A stretch of DNA of 64,000 nucleotides from Tubiluchus corallicola (taxonomy: Eukaryota; Animalia; Priapulida): contig JAQGDQ010000538.1 in NCBI GenBank assembly GCA_030141605.1, positions 84,807 through 148,806 of the forward strand, in the 5' to 3' direction. The position numbers were made by a program, and so were the translations under genes. Of this stretch, positions 1-20,600 are shown one piece after another. The notes below the pieces were generated by a model. It was given only the letters and a program-made list of their open reading frames with translations, had not been told where the DNA came from and made no database searches. The number at the start of each line of letters is the position of its first letter. Position 1 is the stretch's first letter.

Positions 1-544
1 TTTGTTAAAATTAATAATAAATCTTTGAAATTATAAACATAGCGCATCTCTATCTTAAACTGATGTATTTTTTTAGTCTAAATTTGTGGATGAACTCTAT
101 GATCAAAGTTGTATTTTGGACATAAAGTTTTGGTTTAGCAAACTCACTGGTGCTCGTAATATGCAAATGAGAGCAGTGGAAAGTATAAGGAAGAAATTTA
201 GTTTGTTCGTGGTTTCTGCAACGGAATTCCATCGTAAAATTCCTACTTCATTGGAACGCTAATCACTCTAATAAATAAAGAAAGATTTTCAAACAACAGT
301 GCTTATTCATACTTTATGATATTACAGATATACAGAAGACTTCTTGAGCCCGAAGACAGATCAAAATATCCAACAAGTTTCTTCAATCTATTAAACGAGT
401 ATGATAATTCACTTGTGAGAGAGAAACTTGGTGGTATGTTACTTGTTTTGTTTTGGACATAGTCCAAGGATAACACCTTAACTAACGCAATACTTATTTC
501 CAAGGTGGACCCTATTATTATTACCCCCATTTTTACTTCGATAA

Positions 545-673
545 ACCCGCACGCTTAGTTGAAGAAACAGCGATACCATTTTCCGAGTCTTTGACATGAC
601 TCGGTCGAGAGTTGAACCTACGACCTCCCAAGTGGTAAGCGAGCACATTACCATTGAGCTACGGCCATCCGGT
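545..673 (-). mobile_element. tRNA-derived SINE fragment
   Basis: Minus strand reads GGCCGTAGCTCAATGGTAA (A-box) .. GTAGGTTCAACTCTCG (B-box), followed by a non-tRNA tail accgagtcatgtcaaagac. Confidence 0.7.
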
Positions 674-835
674 ACAAATTGTTATTTCCTAGTGGAATAT
701 AATTCCTGTCCTTCGTGTGGTTTTAATTATTAATTAAAGCATAATTAAAACAAAGTAGCGTTATAATGTGTTAAATTGGTAAATAAAATATCATATATTT
801 TTATATTTATTCAGCTTAAAAATTTATTATTTTAG

Positions 836-7481
<6,646 letters not shown>

Positions 7482-10400
7482 TGTCATTTGCTTTACTGGA
7501 CACTAAAGAATCTCTGATGGCTGTATGAAAATCAATTTTCTAAAGTAAGAGTTTTCCGGTCATTCAGTGTTGGCAGTAGTAGACTGTCTTAGAGCCAGTT
7601 TTTCATTTTATTAAAAAAAACTGCTGATTGCATGCATGACATTGGCCACCTTGGCATGTTACTTAAAACTAGATAGCATGTTTATTTGATGATCCTTAAT
7701 CTTAACAATGTGTCATACATTGTGAAGATCTTCCAAAATGGTTCTGAACATTCCGAAAAGCATTATTTCTATATTCGGTATGATCTCAAACCAGAGTGTA
7801 TGCAAGAAGATCTCAGATAATATCATAACTGTCAAATACTAGGCCCCATTTCGCAGTTACTTAAAGTCACGACTTTAACAAAAGTTTGAAGCCTTTCTTC
7901 GGTCTAATTCACTGCTCATGGTACAGTTATTTGTGTGGTGTTTCACACAATAAAAAGCATGATATGAACAGTGCCTAAAAAGACATAGAAAACCCAAAAA
8001 CCAACTGGAAGTTCAAATGAATTACATGTATTTGTTTTATTTTAGATTTTTTGCAGTTTATGTATCATTGAAATTCCAGACATGCATTATGTTTCTTGAA
8101 ACTGTCTATATGTAAAACCGTAGATAGTCGCTCCATAGAAAGAAGAGATAATTATCGTATTGTAATGGCACTTATTCATAACATATTTTTATGTACTATT
8201 TTACAAGTACTTTAGTGAGTTTACAGTGAATTGTGAGACATAAATCTAGTCACTAATTTTGTTCTAGTCATATCTGCTAGTCATTACTCACATGCAATTT
8301 TCTTAATTAGCCAGCTCAATTTGCCAACTTTAGTTTTGTTTTATTTTAAAATTATATCTTAGTGAATGTGATAGACCAAACTTTGCAAAAACAGAGTTGG
8401 CAAATTTGACATACATGTAGTAGTATTACAAATGCTTCCTGACTATTTTATCATATATCAGCATATGTATAATTTTTTTGTTATATGCAAAGTTGTTGTT
8501 TGTAAAATTAAGCACACCTTTTATAGTTGTTTACACCAATTTAATCACTACTTGTAATTGATTTGTTTCCATCTTGTTTGAAATGTTGTGATATAGAACT
8601 TTAAGAATTGAATGAGATGCTAGTATAAAAAAACGAATATAAACGAGGTGACCTAGAAACGGAAACGGCATTCTTTTGTAAAAGGAGGCCCGTGTGGACA
8701 CGTTCTACTTGAAACACATGGAAAATAATTAAGGGGCCTGATTTGAGCATCATTAAATGGAATTATAGTGCCACTTGCTGGTAAGGATAGAGCTAATTTA
8801 CTTCGTACTAAATGTGTGTTACTAAATTCCTGAAGTCTGGACGTAAGAATCCTATGCCTGAGTCAATGATGGCGGTAATTGTACTTGTATTTCATCTGCC
8901 ATGTACAGCAGTACATAAGCTGACAGTCCACTTATCAAGGAAACAAACATTTTAATGTCATGCACAGAGAAAAATTGCTAGCCTCACACAAAAAGTGAAG
9001 CAAACATTGGGCACCATGTTCTAGTATGAATTCTATAGTCTGCTGCTACCCCAAAAATGAGTAATATGTTGTACAAAAAAAACTGCTTGCAATTATTAGG
9101 CAAAAACAGCCCTCGACCAACACACTTTTAAAGTATTGATCATTTTTACAGGCAGGAATCTCCTTGTTGCTTGTGCATGACATTGAAATGTGGCTAACAG
9201 TAAATTTACGTATTTGCCCTTTCAAGCTTCAATTTGCTCTGTCCATGTTGTTATTTTTCATCGCAGTCGGAGATGCATGCTAAACCTAACCACAGTAATT
9301 TAGCGGGTTCTTAAATCTTTTAGCAGAAAAAAAATTGCTTCCATAAACAAGAGCCGTTTCCTAAAAAAATACACAATCTTTTATGGCCTCTGTTGGAACA
9401 TTATTGGACAGATAGTGTTGTGATATAAAATTTAGTCATATCAAAGTATCAATGATACTAATGATTTCCAATGAAATTATGAGGTTCGTATACAGTATTT
9501 ACAACTGCATGCTTATCCAAGACACTTGACTCGCAAAAATCATTTTTTATCATTTCTTTTCAGGTTCTCATGCTGTTTTCAGTGAAACAAAAAAAAATTT
9601 GTTAAAAGTTGTTTATGATCTTTATTCTAATGGGATTATGTCATTAAGAAACAGAAAAAAATCCAAGAAGTTTTGATTTAAATAAACAATCAAAAGTGAA
9701 GCCATTCGTTTAGAGTGATATTTATCATTAAAATTTTGTTAAATAAATAATGCGGATGTTATAAAAAATTCCACTGCTTAATTTTATTTAAAAACTTCTC
9801 ATTAGATGACACTGTATCTTGTCATGTGGTAAGAGATTTCAATGCATTTTTTTCACTGACATACTTCGTATGAATCCAAGCCAAATGAATGTATTCAAAA
9901 ATAAAGCTAATAAATTTCAAACTATTATGTGTGCTTGCAAAGCAAAATCGTCCATAACTCGGCAATTAAGCTTTTCTAGTTATTCACACACCCTGAATGT
10001 CCACGTCATGAGGATCATTTTGATAACAAGCCCATCACAGATAATCCACGTTGGACTTGAGGTGCATGCCACGCACTGAAAAACGTAACCTTGAGAAAAT
10101 CGCTGTTAAAATTAGCCATTGTTTTTGTTGCATTTCTACAAAACACTTAGCAACAGCACAAATGTTGGCTGCTATTGACTTTGCAAAAACACTTTGAAGT
10201 TATGTTTAAAGCTAGTAGATTTTTTGAACATTTTCTTGATAATCTGATGTCCAACATGTCTTATTTATTTTTTTTCATTTTTATAAAAAGCATGCAATTG
10301 ACATTTGACCAAATTTTTGCTGCATCCCACTTAGAAGCATCATAACACAGTTTTAAATATGCCGACTTATGGGCGGTTTTGGTTTGCAAGCACACATATA

Positions 10401-10506
10401 TCATCAACCTTTACATCAACCTATTCCAATACACATACACGTAAAGAATTTCACCACAATTAAACTTAACAGGTATCCAAGGTTTGTACCAGCAAGGAAA
10501 ATGTCA

Positions 10507-11648
10507 CTATTCTACAAATTCAAATGATTCAACTTCAAATGTGGATCTGCTTCCACTACTGCTGTCATCGTCACTGAAAAAATAAGCATCTATTGGCTCT
10601 ATTCTTTCCTCTGGTAGCCTAAATCTATTGATTAGATTCCTAGCAGCACTGATCGTGTTCAGCTGCTCTGCTATATAGACAAACATATCATACTCAGCCA
10701 ACTGATTTCTCCAGTCCATTACAATGGAACGATGTGAATTAAGTAATATTGCACGAAACATACTCATCACCACAGTTATAGAGATCGTAGTAAAAATGGC
10801 AAAAAACACTGGTCCCAGATATCGATGGGCAAGCCCAAACGAGTGGGACTCGCTGCCAGGCACAATCATGATCACCATTGTTCTAAAAGCTAATATAAAT
10901 TCGCTGAATTCTTGCATTTTACTGCCAAACGCTATCATTCCAAAAAAAGCAAAAGGCAACAAGCCAATTATCACCATGAAACAAAAGTTAGCAGCTGGAA
11001 ACAATGATGTGGATAACATAAAAAAATGTATCAACAAGAGTTTATTAAACAATAACATATGCCAAAGCTTCAAGCAGACTAAAATAACCAGAAATGCTAG
11101 GATGTAAGTCAAAGTGAAATCCCAAAAGGCAGCTTGGTAAAAACTGGCGAAAGCAGCATCCTTTTCTGATGACTGCTTTTCCAAAAGCTTGTCAACATGC
11201 ATTGTTTTCTTTACAAACAGTGCCAGAGCAGTAATGGACAATGAAACAATACACAGTTCTATCCAGTTCCAAAAATGGGATAAATACTTGAAGCGCAGCT
11301 CATAAAGCTTACGGAGTTCCCTGAAGATGAAAATGGCCAGGAATATGCAATAAGCAATTTCACTTGTTATTAGTTTCCACTCTACCGTCTGCACATACTT
11401 GATGAGATTCAACGTGTAAATCTTATAAGTTGAGAAAACACCACCAGTTCCACTAAATTCCACTACCAAAGATACAATGCTGAACAGATTTGAGTTGGAA
11501 TTGAACAAAGTGAACTCGATTGCTAAGGCACGAGTGTAATCATCGATCCATCTTGAGTCGATGAGAGCGGCTATAAGAGCTTTGTTCTGTGTGATGTTAC
11601 GTGTTAGTTCAGCCACATAACCACCACCACTGTAGAGTGCAAGTAAAC
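10507..11648 (-). CDS. PKD1-like terminal exon: end of TOP domain, polycystin channel helices and short C-tail
   Basis: YSGGGYVAEL..WIDDYTRALAIEFTLFNSNSNLF, FWNWIE, LGPVFF and several TM segments; acceptor cacag at 11649; stop at 10507. Confidence 0.95.
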
Positions 11649-14600
11649 CTGTGAACACAAATATTAGTATAATGAATACTATGTTAGTAATTACCTATAC
11701 ACACTTTACCTGCACGTAAAAATATTTCTCTCTATTCCAGTTTCAACTTTATTAGTGCTGCATTAGAAAAACAGATAAAAATATAATATAACTGAATAAA
11801 AGAGGTGCTACGTTTCAAACAAACATGCCATTAATCATTGTGCTTGCATCACTAATCATCATCAAGCTACTTAGCACAACACAAGAAGACCACACTAAGT
11901 TACAAAGTAGTAAAAATTGAAACAACACTTACAACTCGTCTTCTACACAGTAAATATCAAACAAAAGTCATTTAACACGGTGGAACAATTATGGTAGACT
12001 AACAGCACCATTCCAGGCAACTAAGTCTATATTTTCGGATACATGTTACAAAAGAATCAATAATCGATTATCACAATAGTATTAAAATCACGCAATCTTT
12101 CTTACCAAGAAATGGTAAAGTTTGAAGTTCCAATGTGGACTGAAACGTCCAATGATCCGGAGGATACTTTGGATACTGTCTATATCTCCAACCTGAACGG
12201 TATGATTTGGTTTCCTCAGCATGCCACTTATATGGACCCACACAGTCACGACCAAATGGTTCCATGATTGGATGTATACTACACGTAGCTATAAAAATAA
12301 TTATTGTCTCCCAAGACACACATTTAGTCTCCTCCGAGACTATCATCAGTAATAAGAGATATATTAAAATATATAAAATAATAGTTTGAAAATAAAATTT
12401 CAGATTTTCCTAATTTAAAATTAATTTAATAAATTGATATTAAAAAAAATATTTAAACTTTAAAATGTAAATACATTGACAAATTCCATGAGTTTAATAA
12501 GTTCCAAGCATTAATGAATACGTTGTTTTTTCCAAAATTGGCCTACATCAGCTACATAAGAGAATTATCAAGCAAAAATTAAACACAATTATTGTTAGAG
12601 TAAAATATGTTAAAACTTAAAAACAAAAACTAAATCATTTGCATGTCCTTCCAATTAAATTCAATCGGCACCTTGTAGCAGAATCAGAAAGAAAGAAAAG
12701 CGCGTTATTGTCCTGTCACGTTCGTATCCTAAATTTGATAGGATAAGGATACTAACCCTATTCAACTAAACTAGGCCCCACTGATCGACTACCCACCTGG
12801 AAATCAACTGGCGCACATACTGATAAAGAATATTTTACAATATCTGCGCTTTTATCTTCGACTTTTCACAATACAATATTTATCCTACCGCGTGACGGCC
12901 CGACACTTCTATGGTGCCTGTCTTTAATACCGGCATCAGTTTGGGCTGTATTTGTGGTGACCATTGTTGTCATTACTGTAGTTTGTCTACAGCTACCTCA
13001 TATCAACAACCCTGCTGTTTATAGCTACCTCGACAACGATCGGTATGGGGTATGTGATGTTAAGTTACTCACAAGTCAAAAGTTGTTGAAATGCTTTTGC
13101 TTCGAGCCCAGACAAAATGTAGAATGATCGTCAGCATTTTGATGCTTTCAACCTTCATTGTGTTGCAATTACACTGGCGAATGGTGCACTAGATGCAACA
13201 ACTAGTTGCCGTGCAGTTGTTATGGAGGAAAGTGGTACATTAGATGTAATATGATGATTGGTGACCATATATGGTAAACTGGTTAACAACCACATCTGGT
13301 GAAACCATCATGGTGGTGGAAGTCAGCCTCCGAGTTATTAAAGTCAGCACTATGAGAATTCCCATACAAGTCAGCCATAGGCAAAACTTGGATCTTGCAG
13401 GACCAATGGCGAGAGTGCCCTGATGGTGAGTGACAAATATCAGTCGTCAGGAGCTCTTTTTCAGTTCTTTGTGGTAAACAGGACTTGCTGAGAGGCCTGA
13501 CAATCAATCGGACGTCTGCATATACCATTATGTGGTACCATATTATATGAGTATTTAGCTGGAGCACTAATTTTGCTGAGGTAGCTGTAGACTATGTACT
13601 TTTGCCCGTTCGTATTGTTTTATGATCTAGCTTATATTTGAAATTGTCTCGTCAAAATATAACGCTAAACCTAAACGTAACACTTTTGTCATATATGTAT
13701 GTAAATGAAGTCGATGCCAAGGAGCAACTTTGTGAGAACCCCCTGTAGCAATAAACCCTTATCACACTTGACTAGAAGTCAGGTTTTGGGTACTTTCTCA
13801 CCCCACAAACTTAGCTTATTCTGCCGTCACATGCTAGTTCTCAAGAATACTAAATCTACAAATACACAACAAAACATTAGACAGTTATAATCATATCAGG
13901 TTTGTTTCATAGTATGAGTGTTCCAATAGGGTATTTCCGGTAGACTTTTTTGGCAGACGTGTACAATATCTGCAAATATTATTGTACTCACCATCACTAG
14001 CTCTGAGTTGTCGTAACCTTGGCACACTTACAAGCCAACTAACCAGATCAGCAGCAAACCCATCATGAGCAGCTTCACCGTTATACATGCCATCCGAAAA
14101 CAAACTTGGCTCTAGTGTGTTGTTTATGTAATCCCACATAGTCTCAACATCCTTTACCTAAACCAGTCATAAATATGTAGCTTGTTGAACAACGATGAAT
14201 GTAATCACACTGTATTATAGGTTTGCCAGATATGCATTAAAATTTACAAAAAGCCATTCACAATTTGTGCAGCAACACTAATACATGCAAAGTCAATGCA
14301 TAAAAGTAATTTTATCATGAGACTCAGGGATTTTGTTCAAATTTTGACTGTATTAAACAACAAAATAGGCGAGTTACGAGAACTGCTAAAATTAGAAAAT
14401 TGACTGCCAAAAGTGTAGCTAGTGTATTGAAAAAAGATCGATTTTGTTTCAGATTTCAGAAATATTTATATCTAATTCCTAAACTGGACCTGGAAAGTTT
14501 TTAATTTTACTGCCCAAAAATTACAAATAATTGAAGTAATAATAAAATAAACGGTGAAAACACTAACGTCAGTGAATTTTGTCCTCCCACGGTAAACTGC

Positions 14601-17600
14601 ATTGACCACAATATCCTCTACAGTTTTTGTCACCATGTACGACCTATAAATTATAACAACAAACTGTGTTAGTTTAAGAAAAATCCATAAAATTAGAAGC
14701 AATTCAGTGTATATATTTGTGTATCTATTTAAAGCCAATTGACAGAATAGCTCTATCGGCTGTGTAACAGTCTAAGCGAGTCCAACTCTTATTCAGTTAA
14801 CATCAGATGTCAAAAACTTCCCATTGTTTCCATATACTGTAATTTGGGTAGAATAGGAGGAAAAACTTGATGTCACTTGTCCAGTTTGCCTATATGGCCA
14901 AGTGTTATAAGTTTAAAACTGCGTAATTGCTTAACTTTACCTGGTATCCCGAAAATAAGTGATGATGTTTGACAACATCAGGATGAAAAAACCAAACAAA
15001 AATAATTCTTTGATTATGCGGCGCATCTTTCGTTGGCGCTTTCGCTCCCTTCTAGCTTCTATTAGTTTGCTTTCGTCTGGTGGATTATAAAGATTAGTAA
15101 TATCACGTGTCTTCAAACGCCTGTTCAATAATCAGAAAGCAAAACCATATGTTAAGTTATAGTTCACTAGTAAGTTATATTAACATCAGTTAATTTCTAC
15201 CAGTGTATTGTATATACATGAACATATTGTATATTTGTTAACTCCTTCAGGACTGCAAGAGTTTGCTGCATTTTGCATAAGCTCATGAAAAACTGCTCTT
15301 ACTAAGTAACAATTATGTTACATAGGATAATTTTTGTAGGTTTCTACCCTCATACAATGGGCTTTCATGCAAAAGCATATATGAAATGCATTGCTAATCT
15401 TAGACAAATTAAAAATCAATTTTTGACAAAAGTGACTGCAGTGTTTGCATCATAAGAATGCAAGGTAGCACTAGTGTGAAATCCACTGATGCAGAAAATT
15501 TCAACTATCCAGACACAACACACTGACAGACTTTAGCCTCAAGTCTACTCACCTGCTTGCTACAGCCCAAGATGAAACGACTTTAATTTGTCCTTGGCTG
15601 ATCTGTTGGTTTTTCCTGGAACAGCAGCAGAACTCTGCAAGCCGTTCTCTTGGGCTGTAGCAAGCAGGCGATCAATAACACAGTGTGTACGATTGTGCAA
15701 GTGTAAGCCAGACTAAGCTGCTCGACAGGTTAGGTTGACAGTCCCGATTAAATCACTTATAAATGCATAAACAAATAGCATGATTGGATAGCCAAGGTCT
15801 CCTGAATGGAACAGTACTTAATTTGTAATCATTTATTTATCTGTGCTCACACAGTAGCAGAAAAGTCATAGGCTTATAAAACCTATTTAGAGTGGTGTGG
15901 TCCTGAAGGAGTTAAAGCAAATGTGTATTTTTATTAAAGTAACTAATTACGATTAAGTTGTCATCGTAACTTGCATCGCATCGGCATTTGCATCGGGTAC
16001 ATACGGTTTCATTTATCAGGTGTTTTTCAAGTTAATTCATATTTAATTTGCGGCTTAAATATCTTAAAGCCATGCAACACCGTTGTATAGAATTAAATTT
16101 CAAATGAAATACAATGTACAGAATCCTTCTCTTCTGGGAAAAGCCAGATTACATACTATCATTCCCCTAGGAAGAAATTGACTCATTTGTACATATCAGA
16201 CCCTTATTTAATCTAGCACACAGTTTTCGTTTGCTTAGTAGTTCTTTATAGTTCTTTCTTGCAAGGCATGAAGCTTGCAAGAAAAGATGTCTGGCAAGTT
16301 ATTTATACCAAACCTCTGTTCTGTCGTCATGTTACAGAGCTGTTTCAACAAGAGGACGAAGAGGTTGTCAAAACGCCCAATGTTGCACTAGTGCCCCAGA
16401 AGTGTGATAAATACTATAGTTTGTGCTTAGTAGATTGCCTCAGTTTTAGTAACTCATTGAGGCATTGTAATATAGTCTATGACAGGTTGCTGTGTCGACA
16501 TAGTTAAAAGATTTCTGAATAGTTCGTTTATTCTTTTCTTCAATGCATGGTCGCTAAACCCATACTACCTGGACAATGTGTGATGCTTCTTAGCAATGCT
16601 GCAGTTATTGGAGTGAAGTACTTAGAAGCAGTTGTGTAAGGACGAAGAACCACCAAACCATAATGCTCCTACGGTCCTACTCCAGACCTGAAATCAGTTG
16701 CATGAAGGACGTGGAGCAACATCGAGCCTTCCTATTCCTTAGGAAATCATTCCTTAGGATGTAGGTATTGCAGAAACTTTACTGGTTTCTCCTACCCCTC
16801 AAATTATCATTACTTATATTAGTTTCTTTACTCTCGGTTAATTTAACAAAGATTCACCCTTTCCCGGTTGTTCCACAGAGTTTCAGTTCTTCGCGTCATA
16901 AACCTTCTTTAACTGAATGGAACTGCTTTTAAATGGACATTGGTATATCATTTTTCATAAAATTGATCTTGTACCATCTGATCATTATTGTTTTTGCCTC
17001 ATATGAGTAGTAACTTGAAGGACTTTGCTTGAATTACTATTTGTACAATAATTTTCAACAAAATGAACAATGATTGAACAATGATTGAACAAATCATTGA
17101 ACAATGCTCTATACTATTTTTTGTCACTTTCTCATCTTGCATCCACAATGTTGGTTCAATTTTTTATCGAAAAAATGATTTACAAACGGTGTACCGAAGA
17201 ATTTAAAATGACTTAAAATTGAACAAAGATTTTATGAACCCAAATAGATGACTACAGCACAGAACCAAAAGCAATAGCAAGAATAATACAGAATTAAAAT
17301 GTTGACGAGATTATTAAAAAGAGATGACCTACTTCTGACATACATGAACTGTTAGCTGTACCTTGTCAACAAAGGGCACAGACTTACACAGGTTGGTTTG
17401 CTACAAGCAGGTTCAGTGTTCTAAACTTCTGGTATCAATACAGAATGATGAATATAAAAACCGTTTCCTTTATTTACGTGACGAAGTTTCCAAACACAAA
17501 GACGAAAACAGAGTTTACATCGTCACGGGTGAAGTTAACTAAACTAGTAATAAACAGACAAACACAGCATAACCTGTAAACTTGGCTTTAAAAGTGCAGG

Positions 17601-20600
17601 TTAGAACATCTACATCTAACAAAAAAGTAGTGCTTAGTGCTCAATACATTATGTATGCTTCGACAAGATGGATTTTTATTGTCCTAAACTATTTTCTGAC
17701 CTTGAACAGGTTTAATTTGGCACTATAAAACTTGAATAATCCATATTCACAGAAATGTTCTTATACTGTTAACAAAAAGTAAAATGATGTAGTACTGTAT
17801 GCTATTATTTCAACTAGCTCTCCGAAAATAATGCTGCATTGACTCAAATGACATCAAAAATTACTACATAACTGTGTACCATCCAATATTATCAATGAAT
17901 CGGTTATCTTACAGGACCCTAGAAAAAAGCGTATTACAGCATATTGCAGAATTTTAAAGAAATGCATATAAAACCTTTTCAAATAGATTGATAATGTATA
18001 GTTGCAAGGAATCCAATTATTTAGCATGCTTATTTCTCAACAGCATTTATAAAGATGAAGATATGCCTATAACTGTGACACGTACCTCTTATATATTTTG
18101 TACCACTCCTCATGTAACAATTCATCTTGCTCCTGTAGAAGAGGCACATATACATGTTTTTCTTTCAGTTCTTCTGGATCTCTTTTTAGCAAGGAAAAGA
18201 ACAAGGCTATAAGAATTACTTGCACTGGATCTACAATACAAACAGCTTCAAAAGCCGAATACAACATGGACATCAACCAATCAATACTTGTCTTATAGCC
18301 GTATTTTAATCCATACAGCATCACCAAGTATGAACAAACTAATGCGGAGCTGCAAACCAGAACCCAGCCGATGTAGACGCACCACCATGGCAGTCGATAG
18401 CGTGAACGTTTTTCCACTTTTCTTCCAGAATACAGTGCGTGAGCAGACCGTTTTCTCTTTACAATAGTAGTTCTTCTACGTTTTATCTTTCTAGGAGTGA
18501 CCACTCGTAATTTTGAATCTGAATTTTGCCTCTTCACGATAACACCTGCTATCACTTCAGAATCAACATCTACTCCAGTTTTGACAGTGTCACTCAGGCC
18601 TTGCCCATTATTCTTTGGTTGTGTCGGTAAGTTCTTTGATTCAAATGATTGCAACTGAAGTGGCTGTCCAACTGATGCACTGTCTCTAGTGTCTTCCCCT
18701 GCCTGCAGGAAAAATTATATAAATTATCCTCCACCTTCCATATTGTAAACAGAATCTGCTTCTGGTTCGTAAAAATGTTTAATAAAAATGTTTTACTAAA
18801 ACATTTATGAATAATAAAACATTTTTGTTACCAATATTTTATTTATCACAAATCTTTTTTATAAAAAGCATATTGGAAATGCATGTTTCGAAAACTCAAA
18901 AGCTCATATTTAAGTTTCGACATTCAAGTTGGCATATCTTAAAACAAAAATGCAACTTTAGCTGTTGTTTTGAATTTATGAGTTAAGAAAACAAATGCAG
19001 TTTTAACAGTAAATGAAATCAAAACTGGCACTCCTCAAGGTTCTGTAATTGGCCCTACTCTGCTTCTACTGCTCAATGATATAACAGATTTTAGAGTCTC
19101 TAAGCTTGCTGCTTAAACTCATGGTTATACTCGGTTTTGAGCTGGGCCAAGACCAGTGTAAAGGAGGCTTTTAATGCGCAAGCTTAACACACTGAAACTC
19201 ACGAAGCACTCGATATGAGTGAATGTTTCTACTCAAGAAAAAACAAATCAAGTCCATATGTCACATTATTATGAAACAAAATACATTTTCTACAATACCT
19301 GCATTTCAGGGTGGTAAATAATATTTGACGATACTCCTCTTTTTGGCTTTTTCTTAAACAGACCTGCTAGTCTAGTAAAACTAGGCCTGCAAATGTAAAA
19401 AATAAAGTATAATTGATTTAGTCTGCATTGTCAATACAACTGTGTATGGTAACAAAGGGATAATTTGCAATGGCAATGAATGGAAGGATAAATAGTCCTA
19501 TAGTAAAAAATGAAAAATCAAGGTGCTTCTGTTCACCACAATTATCTTTAGTGAAAGAGTAGAAAGAAAGAAAGAAAACAAAACATGCGTTAAAACAAAA
19601 ATCACTAAAAAAATAACTAACCACCTTTCGAACTTAGAACAGAGAAACATTAAAAATTAGTCCTAGTGGAAGCTGCTTACTTGCTCGACATGCCCCTGTC
19701 CTTTACAGATACAATATCACCACTTTGTGACAATCGAAACAAACACACAATGGCCAAATTAATCATCCATGTAATGACGCCAGTTGTGAATCCTAGATGG
19801 ATATATGATGCGATAAAATAACAGTGAAGAACAATGCACAAGAGACAATTAGAAAAATGTAGTTTTTCCTTTATTTACAAATGCACATTTTAGTCGACAA
19901 CACTCACTTCAAATAACTACTGAATTAACACGTATTGATTTTCAAGTCAAATATTGTACAGATATGTATATATAGTAACCTACCATAAAATTTAACTGAT
20001 GTGAGCCAGCAAAACAAGTCAAGGTTTAACTTTTAATTATTAACAGTCCATATTAATTTAATATAAACAGAGTTGTTATTCAACTAAATGTTTGTTAAAT
20101 CAAAGGTACTACTGAAATCTAAGAGGGTTAATGGAATTTTAACAACTGGGGTGGGAGTGAGGCAGAAAACTGGAGGGTGATTGAAACTATTACTGTTGAT
20201 AAAGAATGTGCAAAGCAAAATTCATAACATATAACACATCTATAAAATTTTGGTAAGACGAGTTGAACTGTATGAGTTTACTTCACATCAAAGGTTATAC
20301 AAAGGTCAAAAATGGTGTAAGAAGTTAAAGTCAATCCTTTGCTGAAACAAGTTATCCAGCACTCTATGCATGTTTATATTGGAAAACCAATATCTGTACA
20401 AACAACAAACAAGAAATGCTTTATTAAAATTTCAGTAATATTATGGTGAAATGAATTACAGATAACATTGAAGAGAAGATTTACCAATAGAAAGTTGAGA
20501 CCAGGAAAACCTTAGAGTAGCCACCTCTGCTTGATCTTCAGGATCATCAGTTGGAATGCCATAAAACATGATGTTTCCAAGCATCATGGTAAGTAAAAGT

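Noticed and set aside
545-673. Possible tRNA gene
   Set aside because: Has A/B boxes but no convincing acceptor stem and continues into a SINE-like body
10724-11107. 127-aa + strand ORF (likewise 33991-34537 and 52190-52482)
   Set aside because: Antisense shadows of real PKD1-like exons with no recognisable motifs
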